Shown piece by piece: positions 12,251 to 25,819 of a DNA stretch of 64,000 bases. A program made the position numbers and the translations under genes. The notes below the pieces were generated by a model. The model was given only the letters and a program-made list of their open reading frames with translations, had not been told where the DNA came from and did no database searches. How positions within the stretch are numbered: the first letter of the stretch is position 1; each line of letters starts with the position of its first letter. Source of the stretch: Craspedostauros australis (lineage: Eukaryota); contig JALAGF010003586.1 in NCBI GenBank assembly GCA_030167865.1, positions 62,001 through 126,000 on the forward strand. Direction: 5' to 3'.

Positions 12251-14453
12251 ATGAAGGCGACTTCCACAATTACCCTGTTGTTGCTCCTCGTCGCCATCAC
12301 TCTCATGGCACCGCTGTTACCTGCCAAGGCGCTGTCTTTGGACGTCATTGAACGCAATCCCCTCACTCTCTGGTCCGGTCGTTCCGGGGAATCGGCATTG
12401 GCGCAGGTGCAGTACTTGGCCAGCAAGGTGGCCGAATCCACCGCTGGCGAGGAAGGTGGCACCATCTACCGTCAGGACCGCGTCACCGTGACCGGAGAAG
12501 GCGGCGATGTCTTCAAGGTCAACAACGAGACCAAGGATAGCCAGGTGTGGAATGCGTTGGCCAGCTTGGAGAATGATAGTGAGTGATGCGATGGCACAGC
12601 ATGGCACGCGATGGCACATACCTTCCTGCACCGAATGCGAAGAAGAGAATGACAGCCTGCGGCACACCCAGCACCGAATGCAGTGCTGTACTACATGACA
12701 CTTTGTTGTGCTTGCACTTACGGTTTGTGACAACTCAATCATACTCGTGCCTCACAACTTTCATTTCTTCTCAATCGGGTTCAAACCAACACTTTCGATG
12801 CAAATGCGCAGTTCAATTGTTGGACAAGTACACCGGTGACAGGCCGCAATTGACGCCATTGGAGTTGACCATGCTCACGATTTCCGTCTTCGCAGCAGGA
12901 TCCGGACCATACGTGTTGGGTGGAAAGCTTACGGAATTCTTGGCGCCCACAGCAGCAGCTTGTACGTGATAATGGAATGTCATGAGGCGCTCCAATGCGA
13001 TGAGATACAATGCAATGCACTGCAATACGATGCAACGCGGAGAAATGGATTGCTATCTTTGTTGAATCCAGTTTTGGTGCACTTCAGTGTTGTTGGCAAC
13101 AACGAATTTGACTTTCAATGCACATCATCTGACAGCTCTGGCTTGCATTAGTACGATGCTGTCTTAAACGATGATGCTATGACTTCTCCAACTCACCCAT
13201 ATTCACAATCTCAACCTCAACCCATATGCATTGACGTCCACACTCATGTGGTATCATCATCATCATCATCACCATTCATGTATCAATCCAACACGCTGGC
13301 AACAGTTTCGGCCGCCATTGGCATCGGTGCTGAATACATGGGGCGCGTTGCCGTTGCAGATGGCAAAGAGATTGCAGCAGCAACGTTGCAATGTGCGGCG
13401 GAGGCAGAAGCCTTGCTTGCCAACGCAGAACGTGCCAAAGCCATCACCCCGCTCTGTGTTGGCATTGGCGCAACGGCAACAACTTTCGCATTGCTCGTGC
13501 CGGTCATCCTCAGCAGCATGCCGGGCGGCGTCATCAACGAGCTCTACCTCTGCTGTCCCATCGTCTCCGTCCTCGCTGCCGCAGTGGCGAGTTTGGCATT
13601 GCAAGAGACTCGATTCTTTTCCCGCAGCGCAACAACGGTGGGCAACCGTCGTTTTGCCAAATCGGGAATCGTCGGCAGAACGTGGCGCAGCACATCGGAG
13701 CAAGTGGTCAGCAAGTCCATGAACGGCAGGAAAAAATGGCGATCCTTCTGTCTCAGCGTGCTGCCATCTCCCATCCTCGGCTCCATCATCCCGGGCGCAT
13801 CCTTCGCCACGAAGGCCATCATCGTCTCCGCCCTCGCCGCCGCGCAATCCGCCTACTTCTTGGCCCAGTGCGAGTACTGCCTGGCGCGTTCCGCGGACGC
13901 CGTCGCCGTCAAGGCGCGCAGCGCTGCCGTTTGCGACGCCTACGCCAACCAAGGTGCGCGATCGGCCGCCATCCTGCCATTCACATCGGCACTGTCGGGA
14001 TTGTGCGCAGCCGCCACGGCGGCCATCGTCGAGATTCCATTCCTCGAGACGTTGGCGGCCAGCGGGACCTTCGTCGGTTTGGCATCCCAGATGGTCGTCG
14101 TAACGATCTTCCCCTTCTTTTCGTCGCTGTTTGCATCGGCGGCTTCCGTCTCCAAGGCGCGGTGCGAAGTGCAGGCCGAGGCGGCCGCGCAGGCGGCATC
14201 GACGTTAGCGTTGGAGTACAACAGTAGCGATGAAGACGACCCCGTCCTGCATCCCTTCCGCGGTGTGATAGAACTGATCCAATTGACGTTCACCACTTCC
14301 ATCGTGGAACCGTTGCAGCGCATAAGGAAACGAATCCGGGTGTGGGGAACGTTGCGGAGGATCTTTCGGAGAAATCAGGATGGCGGCAACAGTGATGCTG
14401 AGAAGGATGACGGCACTCCGTCCAATCTCGAGCTACAGTATCAGAGAAGCTAA
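12251..14453 (+). CDS. Ala-rich multi-pass membrane protein with signal peptide, function unknown; exons 12251-12578, 12812-12961, 13306-14453
   Basis: Two phase-1 GT-AG introns join three open frames. N-terminal signal peptide. Several hydrophobic segments and a partial internal duplication. Confidence 0.7.
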
Positions 14454-14708
14454 ACGCAAGTATTACAAGCAAGCAAGAATTATTATGCCATGTGTACCGT
14501 ACTCTGTAGTATTGCCAAGATGCTACAATACCACTTCGTATTATACATTATCGCGTTATGCTGTGCTGCACTGTACTGCACTGCGATACGATAGCTGCAG
14601 AGGAGACTTATGCCACGACGAACAGAACGGAGTCGATGTGCGTGCATCCTTTCCGCATGATAACATGATCACCAAGGCTGTAAATCATCCACCCATCACA
14701 CAATCTTC

Positions 14709-16370
14709 CTACAATCCCAACCAATTCCCCAAGAAGACCCTGGAATTCCACATGGCGTGCACCATGATGGTGGTGAAGAGATTGCCGCTCTTGGTGTAGA
14801 GGAGATTCCACGTCCATCCCAGCACGAACAACGGCAGAGCGCTGGTGGGCGACAGATGATGCGCCGAAAAGATGACGGCATTCAACAGCACGGCCCACTT
14901 GAATTTCATTTGCAGCACCAAGGCGGGCAGCAGGAATCCGCGGTACAGCACCTCCTCCCACCACGGCGCCGATAAGCACGGCGCGATGTAGCCGATGACG
15001 GAGGCGGCAATGTCGTTGTACTCCGGGTTCGTGAGCTGGCTGACGACGGAATCGGAGGCCTGCTCCAAGATGGGCAGCGGAAGGATCCATTGGTTGACAA
15101 TGTCGGCGATGTTGAAGAACCAGCTGGAGACGAAGTATCCGCCGATGGTCCACCACAGCCACTGCGTGTCATTGCCCTTCGGTTGGACGAGTCCGTCGGA
15201 GCGTTTCATCTTGTTGGTGTACCATTTGTCAAAGAAGGATTGTGGACGCGGCAGGATGCGCAGGATCAACGCTCCCACACCGACCCAGGACAAGTGTCCG
15301 AAGAGGATGCACAAAGCGCGGTGCATCGGCACGGTGATGGGGAAGTAGTTGCCAAGGACGTAGAACGTGTCTTCCCACCAGATGCTGAACCGTCCGGTCC
15401 AGAAGTAGGCGATGAACAAACCCGCCATGGCCCAGAAGGATGTGAATTGCGAGTATTTGGATTCGTATATGCTCTTCCATGGTGCCTGTCGCACCTTGGG
15501 GCTGGACAGGAGGTTGGGCAGGACGGCTGGGTCGTGCGTGCCCTTGACGATCTTTTGCTGGCGACGGATGGCGATGTACATTGCCAAGGATCCCATGCCG
15601 ACCAGTCTGCTCGTGTGTACCGCGTACCGTGTATCGTATTGCGTCGTTTGATGTGTCGAGATGCGGGAAATGAATCCAAGAAATGGGTGTCATGTGGAGA
15701 AAATGAGAAGAATTGTGAGTTCCCACACTGCCATTGCATTCGTTACCGCAGATGGTACACGGCACCAACATCATCATCATCATCATCAGCAGCAGCATAA
15801 ACGACATCCCATCACGCTCTCGTGCCAACGTATGTAGGAGCATAGTACGTACGAATCCAAGCCGATACTTTGAAAGTGCCCCCGCTGATTGGGTATCAGC
15901 TGAAACGGAAAGGCGATGGAGGTCTGCGTCAGCACCATGAGATGAAAGACGTAGAGCAACCCCAGCACCGCGAACTGCACGGGCGTGCGCATCGTGACGG
16001 TCCATGTCGGCATCCAATCCAACGCCCAGGTGGGACGCTCAGCGTCGGGACCGGACAGGAAGTGGAGTATCCTCCGTTGCAACGCCGATGGTTGCTTATC
16101 CCTGCTGCTGCCATCATGGTCGGCGGATGCCGATGCCTGATCCAGCAACGATGTCGCGGGGCGTGCAGGCGCACATCTGCGCAAGTTCTGTGATTGGAAT
16201 GGGTTGATTGAACAAGCGGTGGCTTGATTTATCTGCGTTGGATGATGGATGGATGGTGTGCTCGCCCGTCGCGACAGTGATGTGGTTGAGAACGACGATG
16301 CGCAATGGTGCTGTCCAAGGTTGTGGATCACTCCAAGGCAAGCTGCTGCCACAATGGCCGATCGAATCAT
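14709..16370 (-). CDS. CPBP/Abi (CAAX type II-like) intramembrane metalloprotease, probably plastid; exons 16370-15853 and 15606-14709
   Basis: CPBP motifs APWWEEVLYRG, FSAHH and HAMWN. Signal peptide ending CASS-F. Intron GTACGT...CAG restores the frame. An upstream in-frame ATG at 16508 is an alternative start. Confidence 0.88.
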
Positions 16371-17349
16371 CGAGACACCCAAACGTGAGGATGCGCCTGA
16401 TTCTGTGCTTGCGGATCGCTTCGGCCGTCTCGATCGTTTGGATCTTATGGACCTTGTCGATCTTATGGACCTTGTAGACGCCCAGGCCTGTCGCTGAGCT
16501 GATCCCATTCTCCTTGCGCTTGCGCTTATGCTTGTTCTCGCGTCTCTAGTGGCTCTTGCGTTTCTTGGACAACAGTTGCCAAGATCCTGGAAGTTGGGAC
16601 GGGATGGAGATGGAGGAGGAGGTGCGAAGTGGATGGCTCCTCCGTTCTCTCTCTCTCTCTCCTCCTGTGCCCACCGCCAAATAGCGGCTGCAGGTGATCT
16701 TCACACGACAACGCTTTGTCTGTTGGCGTGATGCCGAGGCTCAGATGGATTTGTGAAGATCGATTACTCGTGACTTGTCAGTGACTCGGACAACAACCCA
16801 TGAAACGGGACTTATACGTGAATGAAAACTCAACTGACCACACGAATGACGTCGGCGAACACGGACGCTGTTTGACTGGAACGACCGCTTAGAAAGGCTT
16901 CTGGCGAACACGACAACGCACACACAACCACCAAAAGACCAAAAATGACGACAACGCAAACTCATTCATCCTTCTTCTCCTTCCTCCTCTTCTCTCTTTT
17001 GCGTGTTGTGTTTGGTTGTGTGTGTCTTGAGATCCCCTCCCGACGCTAACTAACTCTCAGACAACTCTCTTTTGGTCGTTCCCGTGGTTGTGTTCACCTC
17101 ATTCAGGAGTTGCTGTCTCTCCTCCCGTCAGCATCATCATCACCTTCTCCTCCTCACATCATCGATCAAATCGACGACTTCGCATCGTCTTGTTGGATCG
17201 TACAATTGTGATTGCCGTTGCAACTGAGTGGTAGTGCGGATACACTGAGCAGAAGTTCCTGGTCTCACAAAACCGAGCCATCCATCCAACCATTCAACCA
17301 TCCATCCAACCATCCAACCACCCATCCCATTCATCGACCCCACGCTACA

Positions 17350-18821
17350 ATGGCCAACTTCATCAACCAGCAGCAACTGGAGACCTTCCTCAAGGCGGTC
17401 GCCAATGACAAGCGCAGCGGCATTGCGGCAGCCAGCACCGTCGGCATCGTGACCTCCATCCAGCTCTTCACCGATTGGGATCCTCTCGGTCGTTGTTTCA
17501 CCTTCTTCAAGCAACTGCGTGCGCAGGTAAGCAACGACAACAAGAACAAGGGTGCAGTGCTGTATTGCGTTGCATTGCATTGGAGGAATGGAGACAACCG
17601 TTGTTGAATGCAGGATGCTGCACACCGTATCTACAACATGTATAGACTCTGCATCAAAATCAACTCACGCACACTTCCCATTTGACCACATCAATTTGCC
17701 TCCAACTTCACCGCACCTCCACTTTCTACGCGCTGCGCTAAACAAAACTGAACTGAACTGAACTGCATACACCACGCTCCTATGCACCATGCTTCACCGA
17801 TCATTGACAGAACAAGCGCCTCTCTTGTGCCGGTGACGTCAACGAGGGCATCAGCGGATACGAGGACATCCACTCCAAGGATGCCGAGACCCGTTCCTCC
17901 AACTACAAGACCTTGGTCAACGCCTACTACGACCTCGCCACCGTCTTCTACGAGTGGGGCTGGGGCCCCTGCTTCCACTTCCACTACCGATTCTCCTTCG
18001 AGAAGTTCTGGGAAGCCACGCGCCGCCACGAGTACCAGCTCGCCGCCAAGATCGACGCCAAGCGCAACTCCCACCTCCTCGACGTCGGATGCGGCATCGG
18101 CGGACCCATGCGCAACATCGCCCGCTTCCTCAGCTGCAGGATCACCGGACTCACGCTGAACCCATACCAGGTGGCGCGCGGCAACGAGATCACCTCGCAA
18201 GATCCCACCGTCGTCGGCAAGTGCACGTCCGTGCAGGGTGACTTCATGGAGCTGCCATTCGACAAGAACAGCTTCGATGGTGCCTACGCCATCGAGGCCA
18301 CATGCCACGCCCCCAACCGCACCGACTGCTACAAGCAAGTCTACGACGCACTCAAGCCAGGCGCCCGTTTCGTCCTCTACGAATGGTGCATGACCGACAA
18401 GTACGACGCCAACAACGAGGATCACCAGCGCATGAAGAAGGATATTGAGATCGGAAACGGACTGCCGGACATCGCCACCACCAAGGACTGCTACGACGCC
18501 ATGAAGGCCGCCGGATTCGAAATGATCGAGGCCTACGACTACGCCGAGGGTTACGAACGCCAAGGACTCGCCAAGCCATGGATGACACCGCTCCTTCCAA
18601 GCTGGAACCCATTCTCGCAGCGCTTCCAGTTCAACTGGTTGGGCAGCCGCGTCACCAACGTTGCCATCTTCCTCATGGAGCTTCTCTTCATCGCACCCAA
18701 GGGCACCGTCAAGACCCAGAAAGCGCTGCAGGCCGGAGCCTTCGCCCTGCGCGATGCTGGTTGCGAGCACATCTTCACCACCGCCTACCTCATGGTCGGA
18801 CGCAAGCCGCTCAAGGCCTAA
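17350..18821 (+). CDS. SMT: Sterol C24-methyltransferase; exons 17350-17526 and 17811-18821
   Basis: SMT signatures YYDLATVFYEWGWGPCFHF, LDVGCGIGGPMRNIARF, YAIEATCHAP, YEWCMTD and IEIGNGLP. Intron GTAAGC...ACAG. Confidence 0.93.
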
Positions 18822-19459
18822 AATCTTCGTTCAATGTCGAATAATACGTATGCATGTAGGTCGTATGGTAGCAATAAAAGCCAAACAATAAAATGAATGG
18901 CCGACACCACAAAGTCGAAGTCAAACGACAATGAAAACGTCACTCGCAGCAACAAGAAGGAACAGTGCAGCCGTCATAACATACAGATTCCAGAGAGAGA
19001 GCAATGGAGGACGAATTGGCGACGACTGCGATCATGAACACGATGCGAGCACGCTGCGGTAAATCTGATCGTTGGTTGCTCGGAGTCTGCAGAGGTCTAA
19101 TTTTTCATCCACAACAAGAAAAAACTGTATTTATACGTGATTAAAAGGAATCACAGAAGTCGTGTTCGCACATGTTCCGTTGTGCTCGTGTCATTGCTTT
19201 CGTGTTGTCATCACTGTTGTTTCCGTTTGCGCGTTCCTTGTGCGGGACTGGTCTGTGAAAATGAGTTTCTGCCGTTTGCATCCAACAAAAACAGGCTTCT
19301 CTGGCGGTTTGACAGATCACCACAAACGAGAACGGTTCACAAAGAAGCAGACACCGGTCAGGGGTCATACTCCCGAGTGTCTACTTGTATTACGACTATA
19401 CGTCTTGGTTTGGTGGAGTGTGAAGACCATCAACAACATTAGCAGCAACAGAAGTCACC

Positions 19460-21567
19460 ATGACGCAAGAGCCCGGGCCAACGGCGAGCGGCGGCGACGG
19501 GAAGGACATTGAGACAGGTCCCGTTGGTGTCAGCTCGGCGGCTTCTCCGACATCCGTGGCCAACGGTGCGGCAAGGATGCCGTCCTCGCTGTCATCCCTT
19601 CACCATGACAGCAGCAGCATCATCAACAGCAACGTGAATGGCAACACCTCCGGAAGGTCCAGCCAGAACAGCGTCCGCATCGCCCCGTCCTCCGACTTCA
19701 TCACGCACGAGGTCTCCAACCACGCCGATGCTGATGATATCACGCCCAACAACAACATGAATGCCGATCATGCGACCTCCGAACTGCAAAATCGCATACG
19801 ACAGCGACGTGCCCAGCAACGCAAGCAGCAGCGCCAGAGTGGAAGGGTCAAGACATCCTCCATGAAGTCGCTATCCGCTGCTTGGCCCCGATTGGTCGCA
19901 CGCGGCTTGCCGTACGGCCAAAGTCCCAACGAATTCACCGTCAAGAACAACAATCGAAATCGAGGCGTCTATCAGCTCTACCTGCTCAATTGGTTCCACG
20001 TTCTGCTGCGGTGGCAGATCTACTTCAGTCTCCCGCTGCTCCTCGCGTCATGGACGACCTGCATCCTCATTTTCGCGGGAGTTTACATCGCCGTCGATGA
20101 ACGCAACAAGGACATTGATTGCGGATTGGGCGATCCCGGTGTACCCATCACGTGGGGCGCGGCATTCGCATTTTCGTTGGAGACCTGCACGACGGTCGGA
20201 TGTAAGTTGGTATCGAGCGTGGTGGTGTTGCTGAGAGTATGGCGTTGGTATTGTCGCTTGGGGCGTGAACTGGCGGACAGATGGCAGAGTCACACCAGAA
20301 GATTCATGCGCTACCCGCACAGAATGATCTGCATCGAATCTCACACAGTCATCATGAACAAAACGATGTTCTCTTGTACCTGATGTGCTTGCACATGCTC
20401 TATTTGCACTGTGCGACCAATCGATCAAACTGGGACCGGCGCTCGTTCACAATCGTGTCCAATGCAACGAATCCAATGCATGCATACATGCACGATTGTG
20501 CGCGACTATGATGGCACCATGTACATGCGACAGATGGTCTGCCTGGATCGACCAACGCTTTCTTCGAGGCCAACTGTCCGTCCGTTCAACTTGCGATCTA
20601 CGCACAAATGACATGGAGCATGATGTTCAACGCGTTCATTTTCGCCTTCTTCTTCGTCGCGCTGTCCAAGAGTGAATCTCGGAGCAGCCAGGTCGTGTTC
20701 AGCGACAGGATGGTCATTCATACGGAGAGCCAGGATAATCGCATCTACGCGAAGGTCAGAGTGTTTGATTTGGATTCCTCGCACGGTGTCGTCGAGGCGC
20801 ACATCCGCATCTACGCTTTCACGAAGGACTTCAAGTTGGAACCGCTGCGAGTCAATTACCCAGACGATGACATGGGCGCGACGCTAGTGCCCAGCTTGCC
20901 AATCAGAGTCATCCATCAAATCGATCATCACAGCGTGCTATCTCCGCGACGCCGCATGCCGTTCGTTGCGGACGCTAGAGGATTGCTGTGCCGATCCGCC
21001 GATTCGGAGGCCTGCAACCGCGAGGAGATCATTTGCCCCATCTGCGGAGAATCGTACGGCACCTACGATCGGCTCCGAGCGCACGTGGCCTACACGGCAA
21101 AGACGGAAGAGGATTATGATGTCAACTTCCCTCGCCACCTGTCCCACAGACACTTGCGCATTCCAGAAATTCGACAGCTCACGCTGAACGAGGTCAAGCA
21201 ACACATCGAATCCAACATCTCCGAAGTCGTCGTCGTTGTGGAGGGTATCGACCCGCAGGCATCCGGAACGTTCCAGGCCCTACAATCCTACAAGTACGAT
21301 GACATCGTCTGGGAAGGCAAATTCAGAAAGTGCCTCTCGGTGGACAACGACAAATTCACCGTGAACATGGAGAAGCTCCACATGATCGACGTTCCCGACC
21401 ATCACAAGCATCTGAATGAAGTCGTTGTGGAGGAGGAGAGCAATTATTTGGGCACGAAGGAGGGAGATAGCTTCCCCATTGGCATGATCACGACGGAATC
21501 GCCTGGTGCGGCAGCTGCCATGGCAGCAATGGCGTCCGAACGTGACGGCTCCAGCAAACGGAAGTGA
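19460..21567 (+). CDS. Inward-rectifier K+ channel (Kir/IRK); exons 19460-20201 and 20534-21567
   Basis: Splicing (GTAAGT at 20202...CAG 20533) rebuilds FAFSLETCTTVGYGLP, containing the TVGYG filter. Also M1/M2 helices, VVFSD, VIHQIDHHSVL, EVVVVVEGID and QALQSY...IVWEGKF. Confidence 0.93.
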
Positions 21568-22002
21568 CGTGGAACATGAATGTACTGATTCTTTCTGTGG
21601 TAGAATAGTGCTATTATATGAGTACGCTCATGCTGTATCCACCAGAAAGTGAAATGAAATGAAGTGATGATGTCGCGGGTGCTGAAGGTGCTGAGTACAG
21701 CATTGTTCTGACAAGAACGTACTGCTAAGATCATGTAGAGTACAAATCAAGTAAGCCGTGGCCAATTCGGAAGATGCCAGCCATTAAGGTACATCGATGT
21801 GGACAGTAGAATAGTGTAGGTAATAAAGCGCTTGCACCATGATCAAATTGGATTGTATTGTTGCTTGCCGTGCATTAGTTATATTTTAGCTGTTGTTGCT
21901 GCTGTTGTCGCTGTTGCATGGGTGAATGCGTTTTGATGCCGGGATACGTGCTTCCGGGTGAGACTCCAAAAGCAAGATCACATTCATAGCTGGTCTCTGT
22001 CT

Positions 22003-23670
22003 CTATTGCTTCGTCCTTGATCTTCCACCATCATGATCACCACCTCCATTAGCTTGTTGCTGCTGCTGCTTCGCTTTCATCTGATCATCGCTGACACCCA
22101 ACACATCCTTGACCAATTCAAAGGTCCCAAAGCCGATGGCCGAAAAGGCGCCGCTGAAGACCATGCGCGATCCCGCTCCCGTCCACAAGCCGCGCACGCC
22201 CACTTCATCGACGACATGCAGCAAGCAGCTGGAGACACCGGCCGGACACGTTCCTGTCGCCAATCGCGTCTTGATCATGTCGATCGGTGTCATGGCGCCG
22301 GACGCCAACGTCCCGGCCACCGCTCCAGCCGCGAACAATCCCAAACGACGTCGCGTCGATGTGGCGCCATCGTCCGATTCATACCGCTTGCCCCATTGTC
22401 GTTTCAGTTCTTCGTACAGCACGAATCTTAGCATGGCGGAAGGGATATTGCGCAAGAGGGTTGCCTTGTATCCGCTGTACAAGCCACGGATGCCCTTTTC
22501 TTGGACCACACTCGTGATGGTGGCCATCATATTCTTTTCGGCGTTGGCTTGCAATTGCTGTTTGATGAATTCCTTTGGAACAAATACGGCAGATGAGATC
22601 ATGTTACCGCAGGCTGCCGCCGTGCCGTGGATCCCAAGTCGCTGGACAATGGGCGCATTGTCATAGTCTGGCACGGCTCGTTGCAATGCCGTCTTGACGC
22701 TTTCGTAGGCGCCAAAATACAGGGCGGATGAAGGGATTGCGCCCACCGCGGCAGGGATAATGCCCTTGTAGGCCTTGGAAATGTGCCAACGATTGCCGGA
22801 TTTGATGAGGGAGAGGAATGCGTGACGAACGGAGGAATACATGGATGGGTTGGATTGACGCAGGCTGCAGAATTCCGAATGACGAGGAGCATCCACGTTA
22901 TCACGGTTGACGGTGGCATTGACAATGGAGTGAGAATGAGAGTGGGAACAAGGTGAGATAAATGGATGGGTGAGCACAAACAGAGTATAGTTGAGCACGC
23001 GCTTTGCACTCGACAGAGTCCTGCATCATCCTATTCTCTAGTATTCCTATCAAAGCCGCATCTGCATCGGTGCATGAAGAGTCCATGGCCTGTTTGGCAG
23101 ACGCCAACGAATGACTCACGTCTTGGCACTATCGATGGGATACAACGCAGAGGTTCCGGTGGCCCCCGCAAGACCACCGGCCAACGCCACTCTGGCGTAG
23201 TAGGAAAATGGTTGCGCGATCGGAACGACGACCCTTGTGGATGCCAAGGGTATTCTCCGGCTGCTGGTGCTGGCTCTTCTGTTTGTCTGCTTGGAGAACA
23301 GGGCCGTTGCTGCGATGGGAACGCGTCGCGCACAGGTTGCACGAGTTGGTGTGTTGCTGTCATTGGACAGACACGGTGATCTGCTTCTCCACTGCTGTTC
23401 CTGCGGATTTCTCCATTGTGAATTGGATGACACCTGCATCGGGACATCGATGGATGGGTGCAAAGCGCCGCTGAACGGTGAACGCCATTGTTGTTGATGA
23501 CTGTTGTCGAAAGTCACACCAGCGCCGCCGCCGAACGAAGTTGCCGCAACTTGGAGGCTGCTGTTGCGCGCAAATACGGATGCCGTCAGTAGAATGCAGA
23601 CAACCCGAGCCAATCTGCCATTTGGGCGCGAATTCGCCATCGGTATCGTCTCCGGCGCCGTGGATGTCAT
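22003..23670 (-). CDS. Mitochondrial carrier family protein (SAM-carrier-like) with long N-terminal extension; exons 23670-23120 and 22864-22003
   Basis: Three carrier signatures: YPIDSAKTLRQ (across the intron), VPKEFIKQQLQ and TPIDMIKTRL. Also GLYSGYKATLLRNIP. The start codon is uncertain (23670 or 23640). Confidence 0.88.
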
Positions 23671-25819
23671 TTGGGTTGGTTCTTCGCTGCTGTCTGTCTT
23701 CGTCTTTGCGTTCCCGTTCCTGTTCGGTTGTTTCGCGCAGGTTGGATGACTGTGCCTCGCTCCGATGTCTCCGATGGGAATAAAGGTCGGAGGGGATGAA
23801 TCTTGCGTCTGCTCCCCTTGCTTCAAATGTCGCGTCCGACAATCACCTTACAACACAGATGGACCGATGACCATCAACACCTTCCTCTCTTCGTGTTGAT
23901 CTTCGATCATCCAATTCCTCCTTGTCTTCCTCCTCTCTCTCTCGTGTCTTCATTTGGCCTGTCGCATTGCCCTCGTTGCGCCTCGGCTCTACTTTCCGCT
24001 CTTGCCCCTCGTGTCGGTGCCATTTCTCACGACACCATTCTTCGCCTGCTGGCCCATCAGCAGTGATCGATTTGATTGGTGCGAGACAGGCGATCGACTT
24101 CAAACAAAAGAGCCACGCGCTTCGATGATGTTCTGTAGTTGGGTGGATTCCTCCGGAACTTCGCCGATGAAATGTCACCCATGTCGGATCGGTGGGATCG
24201 AATCCGTCATCTGCCTCTATATTCGCAAGTTAGAGTGGAGTATCGTTGTACGACTCTGGCAGACGGCATTCCACATGATGGCTGTCTCTTGACAGAGAGG
24301 AATGATGAGGTTGTTGTCCAACTTCACCGTATAGTATGTACGGTGCGAGCTACAACAGGCTGGATCGGCTGAAGCAGTGTGCACAATGTCAGACATGAGC
24401 GGCAGCACAGTAGAGTAGCAATCCTATCCGACTCCACACCCAAGATCAAGACCCAAGACCAACATCGCATCATCATCGACCAAGACCAAAATCTCAGCCG
24501 CGTCTTCCGTTCTTTCATGTGGATGCGGATGCGCACGTGCGTGTGAAGCGGTCAAGGGTGGATTATCCCAACTGCATCAACAAATGTGCGTCTTTTCTTC
24601 TCGCACAGCCAAGCGCAGATAGAGAGACGATCAATTGATTCATTCTCTTGGGAGCTTCCACCCGCGAATCTCCGTCGTTGATTCCCAGACATTGCTCATC
24701 GAAGTGTCTTGATGTTGGCGACCCGCGTGGGCGTTTGTGCGCGGATTCATAAATTCCAACTAGATTCTGTCAGGAACTTTCCCAACCGGCATAAAGGTCC
24801 ACACACAAGACGTCCAGCGCGATCGTGATTGGCACAAATGTGCGTATCGGAGACTCACTCGTGACGAGCGCAAGATCCACATCAAGGAGGAGATGCCTTC
24901 CAATTTATTGGATCCACATCTGGAACAAGACCGAATCAAACAGGATGAGATCGTTCCTTGTCAAACTGGCACGTCGCTGTTTCTCACCGTTCCGTCACTT
25001 TGTGATCAAGCAGTTTTTGATAGCGACGCAAAAATGGCCCCATGTCCGGGCCATACAAAGTGAGACGCCGTGCGTGAGTCATTCCCAGTTAGAGCATGCC
25101 ATGGTCAATCCGTCCGGATGCTGTTTTAGATGAAGCAACTTAGTCTCCATCGTCTACGGCATAACTCCAGCATCGCGCTATGATTGGAGTATTCCTTAGA
25201 ATGGCCCAACTCTCGGAGAGGGATGTTGATCTTGTTGGTTAGCCGGTGGGAGGTTCGTTTGGGTGGTCCGAAGCAGATTTGATCCTCATTGGCATTATTG
25301 CGCGGCATCGCGAAGCCTGCGTGGAAGTCGATGCATTGAGCATCGTGGTAGAAGAAGGCATCGCAAGGGTCGGCAGGTAGAGGAGAAAGATGGATACAAT
25401 TGGCAGCCGGGTGGATGGCCTCTGCCAGAATTGTGGATCCAGAGATCTCACAATTTCCAAACTCGACCAATCTGGAAGCAAGCAAAGCAACACGCAACTA
25501 CGAGTCCATACTCCACCCTGAAACCACCATACATTCAGTAAGTTCCACAATCACCATCACGCCAACGCTATGACATGGCATGATCTCATGGTGGATACAT
25601 CCTTTCCGCTGCTGCAACCCAACATGATTTGGTCATGCCATCACAGTACTCTACGAGCATTGCGAACTTCTAATACTCAACCATTCCCTACTCTGCTCTG
25701 TTCTGCTCTACTCTGCTCTACAACGATTGGAATACGAACATCTGTGCACCTGGCCATCACACCAACTACCCTCCTCTCCCCTACCCTACACCACCAGCAC
25801 GAGCACTCGCAGCAACACC

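Noticed and set aside
16441-16476. 18-bp tandem duplication GATCTTATGGACCTTGT(C/A)
   Set aside because: Only two adjacent copies with no spacers. This is a slippage repeat, not a CRISPR array or mobile element.
24400-25600. Short ORFs upstream of the LPMO as co-transferred bacterial genes or transposon remnants
   Set aside because: No recognisable domains, terminal repeats or target-site duplications.
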